A DNA stretch of 64,000 bases from positions 1 through 64,000 of the forward strand of contig JBLWVX010000004.1 of the NCBI GenBank assembly GCA_048268245.1, given 5' to 3'. The notes under the pieces are model-generated. The model worked only from the letters and a program-made list of their open reading frames with translations, had not been told where the DNA came from and searched no databases. Numbering within the stretch: position 1 is the first letter of the stretch; each line of letters begins with the position of its first letter. Source of the stretch: Arcobacteraceae bacterium (GTDB taxonomy: Bacteria > Campylobacterota > Campylobacteria > Campylobacterales > Arcobacteraceae). The position numbers were made by a program, and so were the translations under genes. Shown here piece by piece: positions 10,618-21,530 of the stretch.

Positions 10618-11133
10618 TTAAGATAGTGAAATTCTATCAAATTTGTAGATAATTTTTTCTGCTAATTCTAACATCTCTATATTTAGCTTTTTAAACTCTT
10701 TTTCTTTTATATTTACAATAAAATCATCATAAACATTTCCATAAGGATATAAAATGAAGTATATATACTCTTTTGACTTTGGTTCTTTATTTAACTCTTT
10801 AAACCAAAGTGCTAACATAGCAAAATAAAGCATTGAAGGATTAAAAGATTGATTTTGCTTTAAAAGTTTTGATAGTTCTTGGTTTATGAAATTATAGGCA
10901 TTTAATATAGCTTTTATTCTATAATGCTTTCTATTTTGTAAATAATAATTTGAAGATAAAGTTACACTATTTATTTGAGTAAGCATCTCATCACCAATTT
11001 TATTAAATTTTTCAACTACTTCTTTATCTATTCCATAACTATTTATATCTTCCTTATCTTTATAAGAAATAATCAAGTCTTTACAAAATAATAATAGGCT
11101 TTCCGTTTTTATCTTTGATAGGTTTAAAATCAT
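10618..11133 (-). CDS. Hypothetical protein (ATG at 11133 preferred over TTG at 11148)
   Basis: Open frame of about 171 aa filling the gap between the DUF3373 gene and thrS. Confidence 0.65.
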   Translation of the reverse strand: MILNLSKIKTESLLLFCKDLIISYKDKEDINSYGIDKEVVEKFNKIGDEMLTQINSVTLSSNYYLQNRKHYRIKAILNAYNFINQELSKLLKQNQSFNPSMLYFAMLALWFKELNKEPKSKEYIYFILYPYGNVYDDFIVNIKEKEFKKLNIEMLELAEKIIYKFDRISLS

Positions 11134-11243
11134 ACTTAATTGTAACAAAACTTTGTTAAATTACAAAATATCTAATTAACTTTAAGAAGCTTTGCGATAA
11201 AATAAGCTAATTTTAATAAAAAAACATAAAAAAAAGGAATTTA

Positions 11244-13052
11244 TTGGAACCTATTGGTGTATTAAAAGATGGTCAAATATATGACCTTCAAACTGCTGAA
11301 GCTTTAGACATTCAGGGAGAGGATATTAAAGCTGATAACTCTAGTGAATCTTTAGAGATTCTTAGACACTCATGTGCGCATATGATGGCACAAGCTATTA
11401 AAGAATTATATCCTGAAGCTAAGTTTTTCGTAGGTCCTGTTGTAAAAGAAGGATTTTACTACGATTTTAAAGTTGACTCTAAAATCTCAGATGAAGATCT
11501 TCCAAAGATTGAGAAGAAAATGAAAGAGATTGCAAATAGAAAACTACCTATTGAAAGATATGAAACTTCAAGAGAAGAGATCTTAAACAAGTTTGCTAAC
11601 GACGAGTTAAAACAAGCTGTACTACAAAATATCACTGATGATACATTAACCCTATATAAACAAGGTGACTTTGAAGATTTATGTAGAGGGCCTCACTTAC
11701 CAAATACTAAAATGATTAGAGCATTTAAACTAACAAGAGTTGCTGGAGCATATCTTGGTGGAGATGAAGAAAATGAAATGATTACTAGAATTTACGGTAT
11801 TGCTTTCTTTGACAAAAAAGAATTAAATGATTACGTAAGAATGCTTGAAGAAGCTAAAAAAAGAGATCATAGAAAACTTGGAACTGAATTAGAACTATTT
11901 ACATTCAATGAAGATGTAGGTGCAGGGTTACCATTATGGTTACCTAATGGTTCAAGATTAAGATCTAAACTAGAGCATTTATTATATAAAGCACATAGAG
12001 TTAGAGGATATGAACCAGTAAGAGGTCCAGAGATGTTAAAATCTGACATGTGGAAGATTTCTGGTCACTACCAAAACTATAAAGAGAATATGTACTTTAC
12101 TGAAATTGATGAGCAGGAGTATGGTATCAAACCTATGAACTGTGTTGGTCATATTCAGATTTTCAAAAATGATTTAGTTTCTTACAAAGACTTACCAAAA
12201 AAACTATTTGAGTATGGTGTTGTTCATAGACATGAGATGAGTGGAGCAATGCATGGATTATTTAGAGTAAGAGAATTTACTCAAGATGATGCACATATTT
12301 TCTGTACACAAGAACAAGTAAAAGATGTTATTATTGATGTATTAGAATTTGTTGACTCATTAATGAAACTATTTGACTTTAAATATGAGATGGAAGTATC
12401 AACTAAACCTAAAAAAGCAATTGGTGATGATTCATTCTGGGAAAAGACTACTAAAGGTATCATGGATGCACTTGACCAAGAAGGTTTAGAATATGGTATC
12501 GATGAAGGTGGAGGAGCATTCTATGGTCCTAAAATTGATATTAAAATCTTAGATGCTATTGGAAGAAAATGGCAATGTGGTACTGTTCAAGTAGATATGA
12601 ACTTACCTGAAAGATTTGAAGTTGAATATATCAACGCAGAAGGTGCTAAAGAGCAACCAGTGATGATTCATAGAGCAATTCTAGGTTCATTTGAAAGATT
12701 TATTGGTATTTTAACTGAGCACTGCGCAGGGGAGTTCCCATTTGTTATTGCACCAACTCAAGTAATTTTTGTTCCAATTGCAGATACTCACGTAGAATAC
12801 GCAAAAGAGTTACAAAAAGAGTTAACATATAATGAAATGGATTCTAAAATCTTTGATATGAATGAGTCTTTAAATAAAAGAATCAGAATAGCAGAGAAAC
12901 AAAGAGTTCCTATGATTGTAGTAGTAGGGGATGAGGAAGTAGAAAATAAAACTGTTGCATTAAGAGATAGAAGAAAAAGAGAACAGTCAAATATGACTAA
13001 AGATGAATTTATCGCAATGTTAAATGAAATAAATAAAGGGAGTAGAATTTGA
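11244..13052 (+). CDS. thrS: Threonine--tRNA ligase
   Basis: [46 protein letters not shown] start after AAGGA. Confidence 0.98.
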   Translation: MEPIGVLKDGQIYDLQTAEALDIQGEDIKADNSSESLEILRHSCAHMMAQAIKELYPEAKFFVGPVVKEGFYYDFKVDSKISDEDLPKIEKKMKEIANRKLPIERYETSREEILNKFANDELKQAVLQNITDDTLTLYKQGDFEDLCRGPHLPNTKMIRAFKLTRVAGAYLGGDEENEMITRIYGIAFFDKKELNDYVRMLEEAKKRDHRKLGTELELFTFNEDVGAGLPLWLPNGSRLRSKLEHLLYKAHRVRGYEPVRGPEMLKSDMWKISGHYQNYKENMYFTEIDEQEYGIKPMNCVGHIQIFKNDLVSYKDLPKKLFEYGVVHRHEMSGAMHGLFRVREFTQDDAHIFCTQEQVKDVIIDVLEFVDSLMKLFDFKYEMEVSTKPKKAIGDDSFWEKTTKGIMDALDQEGLEYGIDEGGGAFYGPKIDIKILDAIGRKWQCGTVQVDMNLPERFEVEYINAEGAKEQPVMIHRAILGSFERFIGILTEHCAGEFPFVIAPTQVIFVPIADTHVEYAKELQKELTYNEMDSKIFDMNESLNKRIRIAEKQRVPMIVVVGDEEVENKTVALRDRRKREQSNMTKDEFIAMLNEINKGSRI

Positions 13053-13591
13053 GTAGTATGAGAAAAGGTAAAAAGAACGAAGCAATAATGAATGAGGACA
13101 TTACTGCTAAAGAAGTAAGATGTATGGGAGATGATGGTACGAACTATGGTATTATCCCTACAAGAGATGCACAATCAACAGCAGATGATTTAGGACTAGA
13201 TTTAGTTCTAATTTCAGCAGATGCTAAACCACCTGTTGCGAAGATTATGGATTATGGTAAATTCAAATACCAACAAGAAAAAAAGAAAAAAGAAGCTAAG
13301 AAAAAACAAAAAGTTATCGTAGTAAAAGAAGTAAAATTTTCTGTAAAAATTGCAGAAAATGATATCAACTACAAAGTTAAACATGCGATTGAATTCTTAG
13401 AAAAAGGATACCATGTAAAATGTAGAGTATTCTTAAAAGGTAGAGAAATGGCTCACCCTGAAGCTGGAGCAGATGTACTTGAAAGAGTATGGCCAATGCT
13501 TGAAGAATATGGGGTTAGAGATGGAAAACCTAAACAAGAGGGAAGATTTGTTAATATGATGGTTCTTCCTAAAAAAGACGAAAAACACTAA
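13049..13591 (+). CDS. infC: Translation initiation factor IF-3
   Basis: [35 protein letters not shown] start overlaps the thrS stop. Confidence 0.96.
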   Translation: MSSMRKGKKNEAIMNEDITAKEVRCMGDDGTNYGIIPTRDAQSTADDLGLDLVLISADAKPPVAKIMDYGKFKYQQEKKKKEAKKKQKVIVVKEVKFSVKIAENDINYKVKHAIEFLEKGYHVKCRVFLKGREMAHPEAGADVLERVWPMLEEYGVRDGKPKQEGRFVNMMVLPKKDEKH

Positions 13592-13603
13592 CATTTATAC
13601 AAA

Positions 13604-13627
13604 TAGAAGAGATACTACTCTCTTCTA
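13604..13627 (+). terminator. Hairpin after infC
   Basis: TAGAAGAGA-tactac-TCTCTTCTA; weak U tail. Confidence 0.5.
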
Positions 13628-13730
13628 CTCTCAAAAATACTTCTTTAAACATTTTTTAAGTAACTTTTAAGTAAAATCACGAACTTTTTCAGTTTATTTG
13701 AAAATGCAAATTTAAAAGGAGGATTCTTCC

Positions 13731-13928
13731 ATGCCAAAGATGAAGACTAACAGTGGCGCTTTAAAAAGATTTAAAGTGAAAAAAAATGGTTCTATTAAAA
13801 GAGGATCAGCTTATAGAAGCCACATCTTAACTAAAATGACTCAAAAGAGAAAAAGAAATCTTAGAGGTCCTAAAACAGTTGCAGCAGTTGACGCAACTAG
13901 AATTAAAAGAATGTTAAACAAAGCGTAA
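13731..13928 (+). CDS. rpmI: 50S ribosomal protein L35
   Basis: MPKMKT, KRFKV, SHILTK. Confidence 0.97.
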   Translation: MPKMKTNSGALKRFKVKKNGSIKRGSAYRSHILTKMTQKRKRNLRGPKTVAAVDATRIKRMLNKA

Positions 13929-13950
13929 TTATTTATTTTATATAAATAAT

Positions 13951-14004
13951 TATTAGTCCCTCCACATATGTGGACAAGTTCAACTTTAAAGTTGACACCT
14001 AATA
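13951..14004 (+). promoter_or_regulatory. Candidate structured RNA leader of rplT
   Basis: TATTAG/CTAATA helix encloses hairpins TCCAC-atat-GTGGA and TCAACT-ttaa-AGTTGA. Confidence 0.5.
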
Positions 14005-14035
14005 TTAACAATATAATATACGGTAAAGGAAAAAA

Positions 14036-14392
14036 ATGCCTAGAGTAAAAACTGGTGTAGTTAGAAGAAGAAGACACAAAAAAGTATTAAAGCAAGCTAG
14101 AGGTTTCTTTAGTGGTAGAAGAAAACACTTTAGAAAAGCAAAAGAGCAATTAGAGCACTCTTTAGTATATGCTTACAGAGATAGAAAACAAAAGAAAAGA
14201 GATATCAAAAGACTTTGGATTATCAGAATCAATGCAGCTTGTAGATTAAATGATATCAACTACTCAAGATTCATGAACGGTATGAAATTAGCGGGAATTG
14301 AATTAGATAGAAAAATCTTAGCTGATATGGCTATGAATGATTCTGCTGCATTTGCTTCATTAGTAGTAAAAGCTAAAGAAGCACTTAACTAA
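14036..14392 (+). CDS. rplT: 50S ribosomal protein L20
   Basis: [33 protein letters not shown]. Confidence 0.98.
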   Translation: MPRVKTGVVRRRRHKKVLKQARGFFSGRRKHFRKAKEQLEHSLVYAYRDRKQKKRDIKRLWIIRINAACRLNDINYSRFMNGMKLAGIELDRKILADMAMNDSAAFASLVVKAKEALN

Positions 14393-14416
14393 TAAATTTG
14401 CAAATCATAAAAAATT

Positions 14417-14452
14417 AAAAGGGAGTAAGGCTTTGCCTTGCTTCCTTTTTTT
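14417..14452 (+). terminator. Intrinsic terminator after rplT, likely bidirectional
   Basis: AAAAGGGAGTAAGGC-ttt-GCCTTGCTTCCTTTTTTT. Confidence 0.85.
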
Positions 14453-14454
14453 AT

Positions 14455-15645
14455 TTATACACCTAAAGGTTCATTTACCTCTATTTTACAATTATCACCT
14501 TTACAATCTATATTTGCATCAAAGTAATAAATCTCACCCATATCAATTTTTCCATCTTTTAGTTTTACCCATGCATCCATTGATCTTCCCCCAGCTGTAC
14601 AATTAAATACAATAGTTTTACCTTTTGGAAGTTTTGAATAAAACTCTTTTGCTTTTAACTTTTCAGCTTCAATATTTATTGCACTTTTTAAATGACCTTT
14701 TTTAAACTCATCAGGAGATGTTACATCAACTATTTGAATATATGAAGGAACTTTATTGTTTTTGATTAAATCATAAAACCATTCTCCATCAACACTCCCT
14801 TCATCAAGACCTTTTTTTAAACCATTTTTACTATATTGAACTTTTGATTTAGTATCAGCCTTACTAGTTGTGCTTGCACTTTTTGTAGTTGCTAGTCCAG
14901 CTTTTTTCCATGCTGGCATACCTCCTGCAAATACTGATACATCACTATATCCTAAATCCAATAATCTGTTTGCAACGATATGCGATTTTGCACATACATA
15001 CCCACCACAAAATGTGATGATTTTTTCGTTTTTATTTACAGGAAATCTTCCTTCTAGTGTTTTTAACTTAGTGTCAGGAATAGAGATTGCCCCAGGAATT
15101 GTTTCTTGTAAATATTTAGCATATGGTCTTGCATCAATTAACAATCCATTATTTTTAGCTTGAGCAGCTTTTGCAACAACTAAATCTACATCTAAATAAC
15201 TCTTTTTAGCCCATTGAGGTTCACCTGCTTGATAAAGTTTTATATTAGTAAAACCTTTTTTCTTAAGCATTGAAGCAAGCTTTGGACTCTTTCCACATTT
15301 CCATCCACCACAATATACAATAAGCTCTTTATCTTTTTTCACATCTTTTAGTTGAGAATAAAACTCTTCAAACTTTGTATCTGGAATATTTATACTTGAA
15401 GGAATTGCACCTTTTTTAAACTTAGCTTCTGGTCTTGCATCAATTAAAATTGCTTTTGCACTTTTTCTTGAACCTTTTGCAATTTTCTCTTTTACATAAT
15501 CAAAACCTACAACTTCTAACTTGTTTTTTTCAATTAACATTTTAACCTTAGGACTTGCATTATCCAAAGATGTTTGACTCGTCGCACATCCTGCAAATAA
15601 AAGTGTTGCTGTTATTACTGAACCTAAAAATAAACTTGTTTTCAT
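14455..15645 (-). CDS. Lipoprotein with three rhodanese domains
   Basis: Start MKTSLF after SD AGGGGA; lipobox FAGC; IDARP...GAIP/TIPGA repeats; loops YCGGWKC, FCGGYVC, NCTAGGRS. Confidence 0.88.
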   Translation of the reverse strand: MKTSLFLGSVITATLLFAGCATSQTSLDNASPKVKMLIEKNKLEVVGFDYVKEKIAKGSRKSAKAILIDARPEAKFKKGAIPSSINIPDTKFEEFYSQLKDVKKDKELIVYCGGWKCGKSPKLASMLKKKGFTNIKLYQAGEPQWAKKSYLDVDLVVAKAAQAKNNGLLIDARPYAKYLQETIPGAISIPDTKLKTLEGRFPVNKNEKIITFCGGYVCAKSHIVANRLLDLGYSDVSVFAGGMPAWKKAGLATTKSASTTSKADTKSKVQYSKNGLKKGLDEGSVDGEWFYDLIKNNKVPSYIQIVDVTSPDEFKKGHLKSAINIEAEKLKAKEFYSKLPKGKTIVFNCTAGGRSMDAWVKLKDGKIDMGEIYYFDANIDCKGDNCKIEVNEPLGV

Positions 15646-15667
15646 AAAATCCCCTATTTTATTAAAA

Positions 15668-17122
15668 TTATGCTTTTCCAGAAAGCATTCCATATTGTGT
15701 CATTGGTTTTAAAATATATGCTTTTAGTAACCACCAAATATATCTCTCTTGTGTTGGATCAAGTGGAAAAGATGGTTTTGGTTTCATAGACCAATCAAAT
15801 TCAGCAAGCATTACTTTTCCAATATCTGTTATGATTGGACATACTGTATAGCCATCATATTTAGCTTTTAACTCTTTTCCTTCCATAAGTGAAATTAAAT
15901 TCTCAACTACGACTTTATACTGTTTTCTAACACTTCCACCTGTTTTTCCTAAAGGTACAGCTGCAATATCTCCTAATGAAAAGATATTGTCAAATTTCAT
16001 ATGTTGTAATGTTTCTTTATTTACAGGAACCCAACCCTTAGCAGAACCAATCTCTGAATTTGCAATCTCAGGTGCTGCTTTCATTGGTGGAGCTATATGT
16101 AAAAAGTCATATGGTACTTCTACATTCATATGTTTTACTATAGTATCATACTCTTCTAAATCTTCATCCCATGCACCTTTTTCATTCCAAAACTTATCAA
16201 AAGTTGCAACTTTATTTTTTAAATCAACTTTTGTTAGATTATGTTTTAGATGATACTTCATATCTCTTGTACTATATTGTTGCAAGATAGCTTCTTCATA
16301 CTCTTTTACGCTAAACATTTTACTACTATTTTTGTAAAGTGTCATATCTACACTTGCTCTAGCATTTGCTCCTGCTTCATTTAATCTTGCATTCATTAAA
16401 TACATCATTTTCATAGGTGCACCACCACATTTAATAGCTGTGTTTGGGTGAGTAAATACTGCTTTTTGTTTCTTACCATTTTTAGCATTTTCAATTGTTG
16501 CTTGCATATTCTTCCAAGTCTGAACAGCACCATCAACATTATAAATAGTATTTGCATTTGTATTTTTTAAAAAGTTATTCATTTTTTGAGAGTCTTGAAC
16601 TGTATATATATGACCTAATTCTTCTAGTCCTTCAATTTTTTCAAAATCAAGTACTAAACCAGCAGCAATAACTAAAAAATCATACTCTAAAGTTTCACCT
16701 TTTGAAACTCTTAATTTATTATTTTTGGGATCAAATTCTACTGCTTTATCTTTTAAAAGTTTTACACCACTTGGTAAAAAATCTTTTGTTTTATATATAA
16801 CATCATTTTTTTCATAAAGGCCTGCTCCAATAAATGTATTTCCTGGTTGGTATGAAACAGATTTATCATTTGGTTCTATTATTGTAATATCAGGAGTTGT
16901 TAGACTATTTGCCAGTCTAGCAGCTGTTGAAATTCCCGCTAAACCTCCGCCAACTATAACAATTCTAGCCTCTACATCACTAGTATTTGCTGTACTTGCT
17001 TCTGCCTCATTTCCCATCAATAATACTGTTCCAGAAGCACCCATCAATTTTAGGGCATCTCTTCTTGATATACCATTTTTGTTTAGTTCATTTTCAAACT
17101 CATGTTGTAAATCTTTACTCAT
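15668..17122 (-). CDS. sqr: Tat-exported sulfide:quinone oxidoreductase-like flavoprotein (type II-like), paralog 2
   Basis: SRRDALK Tat motif, IVGGGLAG, YQPG, IKCGGAP, YTVCP; start MSKDLQ after AAGGAG. Confidence 0.8.
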   Translation of the reverse strand: MSKDLQHEFENELNKNGISRRDALKLMGASGTVLLMGNEAEASTANTSDVEARIVIVGGGLAGISTAARLANSLTTPDITIIEPNDKSVSYQPGNTFIGAGLYEKNDVIYKTKDFLPSGVKLLKDKAVEFDPKNNKLRVSKGETLEYDFLVIAAGLVLDFEKIEGLEELGHIYTVQDSQKMNNFLKNTNANTIYNVDGAVQTWKNMQATIENAKNGKKQKAVFTHPNTAIKCGGAPMKMMYLMNARLNEAGANARASVDMTLYKNSSKMFSVKEYEEAILQQYSTRDMKYHLKHNLTKVDLKNKVATFDKFWNEKGAWDEDLEEYDTIVKHMNVEVPYDFLHIAPPMKAAPEIANSEIGSAKGWVPVNKETLQHMKFDNIFSLGDIAAVPLGKTGGSVRKQYKVVVENLISLMEGKELKAKYDGYTVCPIITDIGKVMLAEFDWSMKPKPSFPLDPTQERYIWWLLKAYILKPMTQYGMLSGKA

Positions 17123-17307
17123 TTTGCTCTCCTTTAATACAAACAATCTATATTAACTATACTACTTTTATTATGAATAATTATTCATTTTTTTTAGTTA
17201 AGAACTAATATTTCTGTTCATTGTATGCAATTTTAGCTTAGAATAATTACAAAGGATTTACATGTATAAGCTTATAATATAATAAAAATAAGAGTAGATT
17301 ATTAATA

Positions 17308-17538
17308 TTATTTTTTTGAGAGTTTTTTCTTTATTTTAAGAAATATAGTAAAAGGCGCAATAACTATGCAATAAATTAAAAATGTAAAAATAAATGGATG
17401 AAAAAAACCTAAGCCAAATGCATCTGCATGGCTTAGATTTTGTATATGATTTATAGGATTATTTATCCATTCTTCAATATGAAAGCTTATTGATAATATA
17501 AGCAATATTACTATAAAAATAGATAAATGCCTTTTCAC
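17308..17538 (-). CDS. Small two-TM membrane protein
   Basis: GTG start right after the sqr paralog 1 stop; two hydrophobic helices with several His. Confidence 0.6.
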   Translation of the reverse strand: MKRHLSIFIVILLILSISFHIEEWINNPINHIQNLSHADAFGLGFFHPFIFTFLIYCIVIAPFTIFLKIKKKLSKK

Positions 17539-17539
17539 T

Positions 17540-19006
17540 TTATGCTCTTCCAGATAACATACCATACATTGTCATAGGTTTAAGAAGATATACTTTCATT
17601 AACCACCAAATATATCTCTCTTGTGTTGGGTCTAACGGAAATGAAGGAATTGGCTTTTTAGTCCAGTTAAATTCAGCAAGCATTACTTTTCCAATATCTG
17701 TAATTAAAGGACATACTGTATAACCTTCATACTTAGCTTTTAATTCTTTTCCTTCCATTGCTGAAATTAAATTGTCAACTAATACTTTGTATTGTTTTCT
17801 TACACTTCCACCAGTTTTACCCATAGGAACAGCTGCTATATCACCTATTGCAAAGATATTATCAAATTTTACATGCTGTAAAGTCTCTTTGTTTACGGGA
17901 ATCCATCCTTTCCCTGAACCTATTTCTGAATTTCCAATTTCATCAGGAGCTTTCATAGGTGGAGTAATATGTAAAAAGTCAAAAGGAACTTCTACATCTT
18001 GATGTTTAGTTATCATCTCATACTCTTCTAAGTCCTCATCCCAAGAACCTTTTTCATCCCATCTTTTATCAAATGTAGCAATTTTATTTTCTAAATCTAC
18101 TGCTGTTAAGTTGTGTTTATAGTGCCATTTAAAATCTCTTTTTTTAAATTGCTCTAAAATCGCGTCATGATACTCTTTTACTCCAAACATACTAGTTCCA
18201 TTTGGATAAAATGTTAACTCTGCATTATCTCTTGCACCTGCTTCTTCTAATCTTGAATTAGTAAGATACATAATTTTCTTAGGTGCCCCACCACATTTAA
18301 TTGAAGTATTTGGATGAGTGAATACACCTTTTACTTGTTTACCACTTTTTGCTTCTTTAATAAACTTTTGCATTTGTGTCCATGTTGCAACTGCTGAGTC
18401 AGTATTATAAATAGAACAAACTCCACTATTTGCAAATTTATCTGTAATTGCTTTTCCATTATCTAAAGATAATTTATCACCAATATCTTCTAAACCTTTT
18501 ATTGAAGCAAAGTCTAAAGTAAGTCCTGCTGCTACAATCATAAAGTCATAGTCAACTCTTTTACCTGATTGTAAAACTACACTATTATTTTGTGGATAAA
18601 ATTCTACAGCTTTATCTTTTATTAGTGTACACCCATCTGGTAAATAATCACTAGTATCATACATAACATCAGATTTTTCATAAATTCCAGCAGCAATTAA
18701 ACTATTTCCTGGTTGATATGAAACTGACTTAGGATTTGGTTCTATTATAGTTATATCTGGATTAGTTAATGTATTTGATAATCTAGCTGCTGTTGCAATT
18801 CCAGCTAAACCTCCACCAATTATAAGTATCTTTCCTTTTACTTCACTAGCATTTGCACTTGTCGATGCTTCTACTTCTGATGGATTAAGTAAAAAAGAGG
18901 CTGTACCTAAACCTGCAAGTTTAAATGCATCCCTTCTACTTAATCCAGATTTTTTAATTTCTTCATCTATTATCTCTAAAGCTTCATCAAATTCTTTTTT
19001 TGACAT
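17540..19006 (-). CDS. sqr: Tat-exported sulfide:quinone oxidoreductase-like flavoprotein (type II-like), paralog 1
   Basis: SRRDAFK Tat motif, IIGGGLAG, YQPG, IKCGGAPKK, YTVCP. Confidence 0.8.
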   Translation of the reverse strand: MSKKEFDEALEIIDEEIKKSGLSRRDAFKLAGLGTASFLLNPSEVEASTSANASEVKGKILIIGGGLAGIATAARLSNTLTNPDITIIEPNPKSVSYQPGNSLIAAGIYEKSDVMYDTSDYLPDGCTLIKDKAVEFYPQNNSVVLQSGKRVDYDFMIVAAGLTLDFASIKGLEDIGDKLSLDNGKAITDKFANSGVCSIYNTDSAVATWTQMQKFIKEAKSGKQVKGVFTHPNTSIKCGGAPKKIMYLTNSRLEEAGARDNAELTFYPNGTSMFGVKEYHDAILEQFKKRDFKWHYKHNLTAVDLENKIATFDKRWDEKGSWDEDLEEYEMITKHQDVEVPFDFLHITPPMKAPDEIGNSEIGSGKGWIPVNKETLQHVKFDNIFAIGDIAAVPMGKTGGSVRKQYKVLVDNLISAMEGKELKAKYEGYTVCPLITDIGKVMLAEFNWTKKPIPSFPLDPTQERYIWWLMKVYLLKPMTMYGMLSGRA

Positions 19007-19122
19007 AAGTTTTCCTTCTAATATAATTATTAATATTTCTTATTTTACTTATAAAAAGAATAGCTAAAAAGAGATAAATAAAGACTTATACTATAAGTTT
19101 ATTTTTGATTATAATTATAATT

Positions 19123-19701
19123 TTATCTTATTATATCTAGGGATTTAAAATAATCTTCTTTGTGGTTAAGATTTATAAACTCATCATCATTAGGAAGCTG
19201 TAAAACTTTTGTTTTATTATTTTGTAGTAAAAACCCTACTTTATGGAAATCATCATTTAGCATTTTTTTTGTTGTATTTTTTATAGATTGACAGAACACT
19301 CCACATAAATTATGAGTTCTAATTGTTTTTGCAACTGTTATATCATAATCATATGAAGCACTTATAAGTTTAGAAATTGAATCTATTGAAACTAAAGGAG
19401 TATCAACAGTAATAATAAAAACTTTTTCTTCATTTAATCTATTTAAAACAGAATCTATTGCAGTAATAGGAGAGTAAACTTCACTTTCATCAAGTAAAAG
19501 TTTGTTTTTGTCTAAAAAGTCAAACTTATCAATTTTAGAAGATATATATATATCTTTGAAATATGGTTTTAATCTATCGAATTGATATTGAGCGAGTGTG
19601 GGTTTATCATCAAAGGGAAGAAGAGATTTATCTTCTCCCATTCGTGAACTTTTACCTCCACATAAAATTACACATGGCATTTCAAATGAAGGTTTTGTCA
19701 T
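19123..19701 (-). CDS. mobA: Molybdenum cofactor guanylyltransferase
   Basis: ILCGGKSSRMGEDK, VDTP, FINLN. Confidence 0.92.
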   Translation of the reverse strand: MTKPSFEMPCVILCGGKSSRMGEDKSLLPFDDKPTLAQYQFDRLKPYFKDIYISSKIDKFDFLDKNKLLLDESEVYSPITAIDSVLNRLNEEKVFIITVDTPLVSIDSISKLISASYDYDITVAKTIRTHNLCGVFCQSIKNTTKKMLNDDFHKVGFLLQNNKTKVLQLPNDDEFINLNHKEDYFKSLDIIR

Positions 19702-20981
19702 TATAAGCTTCTTGGGTCAGTTATATATCCAGAAATTGCACTTGCTGCTGCAACTGCACTATTTGCTAAATAAATTTTAGATGATCTAGAACCCATTCTT
19801 CCTACAAAGTTTCTATTTGTAGTTGAAATACATACTTCATTATCACCTAAAATACCCATATATCCACCTAAACATGCTCCACATGTAGGATTTGATACAA
19901 CTGCACCTGCATCAACTAAATCGTCAATATATCCAGCTTTTGTCGCATCTCTTAAGATTTTTTGAGTACCAGGAGTTAAAATAAGTCTTACATGTCTTGC
20001 TACTTTTTTACCTTTTAAGATTTCAGCAGCTACTTTAAAGTCTGATAATCTACCATTAGTACAAGAACCAATAAATACTTGATCAACTCTAATTTCATCA
20101 GCTACTGCTTGAGAAACAGAATGTCCATTATCTGGTAAGAAAGGATATGCAATAACTGGTTCTAATTTTTCAACATCAATTTCAATTACTTTTGTATAGT
20201 TTGCATCTTCATCAGAATAGTGAATTTTTGGCTCAGCTCTTAAACCACCATTTAATTCTGCTGTTTTCTTTAAGAACTCTTCTGTAACTTCATCGTATGC
20301 AAAAATACCATTTTTTGCACCTGCTTCAATAGCCATATTACAAATAGAAAATCTATCATCCATTGATAAGTATTGTACAGTATCACCTGTAAACTCTAAT
20401 GCTTGATATAAAGCACCATCAACACCTAAAATTCTAATTACTTCAAGAATAATATCTTTTCCAGATACAAACTCTGAAGGCTTACCTGTCATTACAACTT
20501 TAATAGTTTCTGGAACTTTAAACCAGTTACCACCAGTAATCATACCAAATGAAATATCAGTTGAACCCATACCAGTTGAAAATGCACCTAATCCACCATG
20601 TGTACATGTATGTGAATCAGCTCCAATAATAACATCACCAGGTAAAACTAAACCTTTTTCAGGTAGTAATGCATGTTCGATACCCATATCTTTTTCATCA
20701 AAGAAATGTTTTAAATCATGTTTCATTGCGAAATCTCTAGAGATTTTAGCTTGGTTAGCTGATGCAATATCTTTTGCTGGAATGAAGTGGTCTAATACAA
20801 TTGCAAATCCATCTGGATTAGCTAATTTTTCTCTTCCACTTTCTTCAAATGCTCTAATAGAAATAGGAGTTGTAATATCATTACCAATTACCATATCAAT
20901 TGGACTTCTTACAATTTCTCCAGCTTTTACTTCTCTTCCTACGTGTTCACTAAAAATTTTTTCTGTAATCGTTTGACCCAT
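19701..20981 (-). CDS. leuC: 3-isopropylmalate dehydratase large subunit
   Basis: GADSHTCT, CNMAIEAG, IGSCTNGR, CGACLG, STTNRNF. Confidence 0.93.
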   Translation of the reverse strand: MGQTITEKIFSEHVGREVKAGEIVRSPIDMVIGNDITTPISIRAFEESGREKLANPDGFAIVLDHFIPAKDIASANQAKISRDFAMKHDLKHFFDEKDMGIEHALLPEKGLVLPGDVIIGADSHTCTHGGLGAFSTGMGSTDISFGMITGGNWFKVPETIKVVMTGKPSEFVSGKDIILEVIRILGVDGALYQALEFTGDTVQYLSMDDRFSICNMAIEAGAKNGIFAYDEVTEEFLKKTAELNGGLRAEPKIHYSDEDANYTKVIEIDVEKLEPVIAYPFLPDNGHSVSQAVADEIRVDQVFIGSCTNGRLSDFKVAAEILKGKKVARHVRLILTPGTQKILRDATKAGYIDDLVDAGAVVSNPTCGACLGGYMGILGDNEVCISTTNRNFVGRMGSRSSKIYLANSAVAAASAISGYITDPRSL

Positions 20982-21056
20982 TTTGTACTCTTCCTATACT
21001 TTATTTATATAATTTTTTGCGATTATATCTAAATTTATTTTAAGCTCCCAAATGAC

Positions 21057-21530
21057 TTAAGAACTTATCTCTTTTTGTTTTTTCTCTTCTCTTGCTTTTT
21101 TTATTTGAATAAATATCACAATGGCAACACCCAAATTGATGATCACATCGGCAAGATTAAATATTGCAAATTTAAAGCCATAATGCCAATAAAAATAATC
21201 AACCACAGCCCCATAAGTAAACCTATCTAAAATATTTGATAAACCACCTGCATAAATAAGTGCAACAGATATATAGTAATCACTAAATACATCTTTGTTT
21301 TTCATAAGATATATAGTTGCACCTGCTAAAATTAGAAGCTGGATATATTTTAAATACTCAGCTAAAAAAGCAAACATTGAAAAAGCAACTCCATAGTTAT
21401 ATGCAAGTTGTAAAGACATAACAGGACCTTTTACATCCCAATCATAATTTACAAAGCCGTATTTAACAACTTGATCAAATATAAAAATGAAAATGAATAT
21501 TACTAAAGCTATATTAAACTTTTTTTTCAT
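21057..21530 (-). CDS. lspA: Lipoprotein signal peptidase II
   Basis: DQVVK, NYGVAFS, SNILDR, VVDY, FNLAD. Confidence 0.95.
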   Translation of the reverse strand: MKKKFNIALVIFIFIFIFDQVVKYGFVNYDWDVKGPVMSLQLAYNYGVAFSMFAFLAEYLKYIQLLILAGATIYLMKNKDVFSDYYISVALIYAGGLSNILDRFTYGAVVDYFYWHYGFKFAIFNLADVIINLGVAIVIFIQIKKAREEKKQKEISS

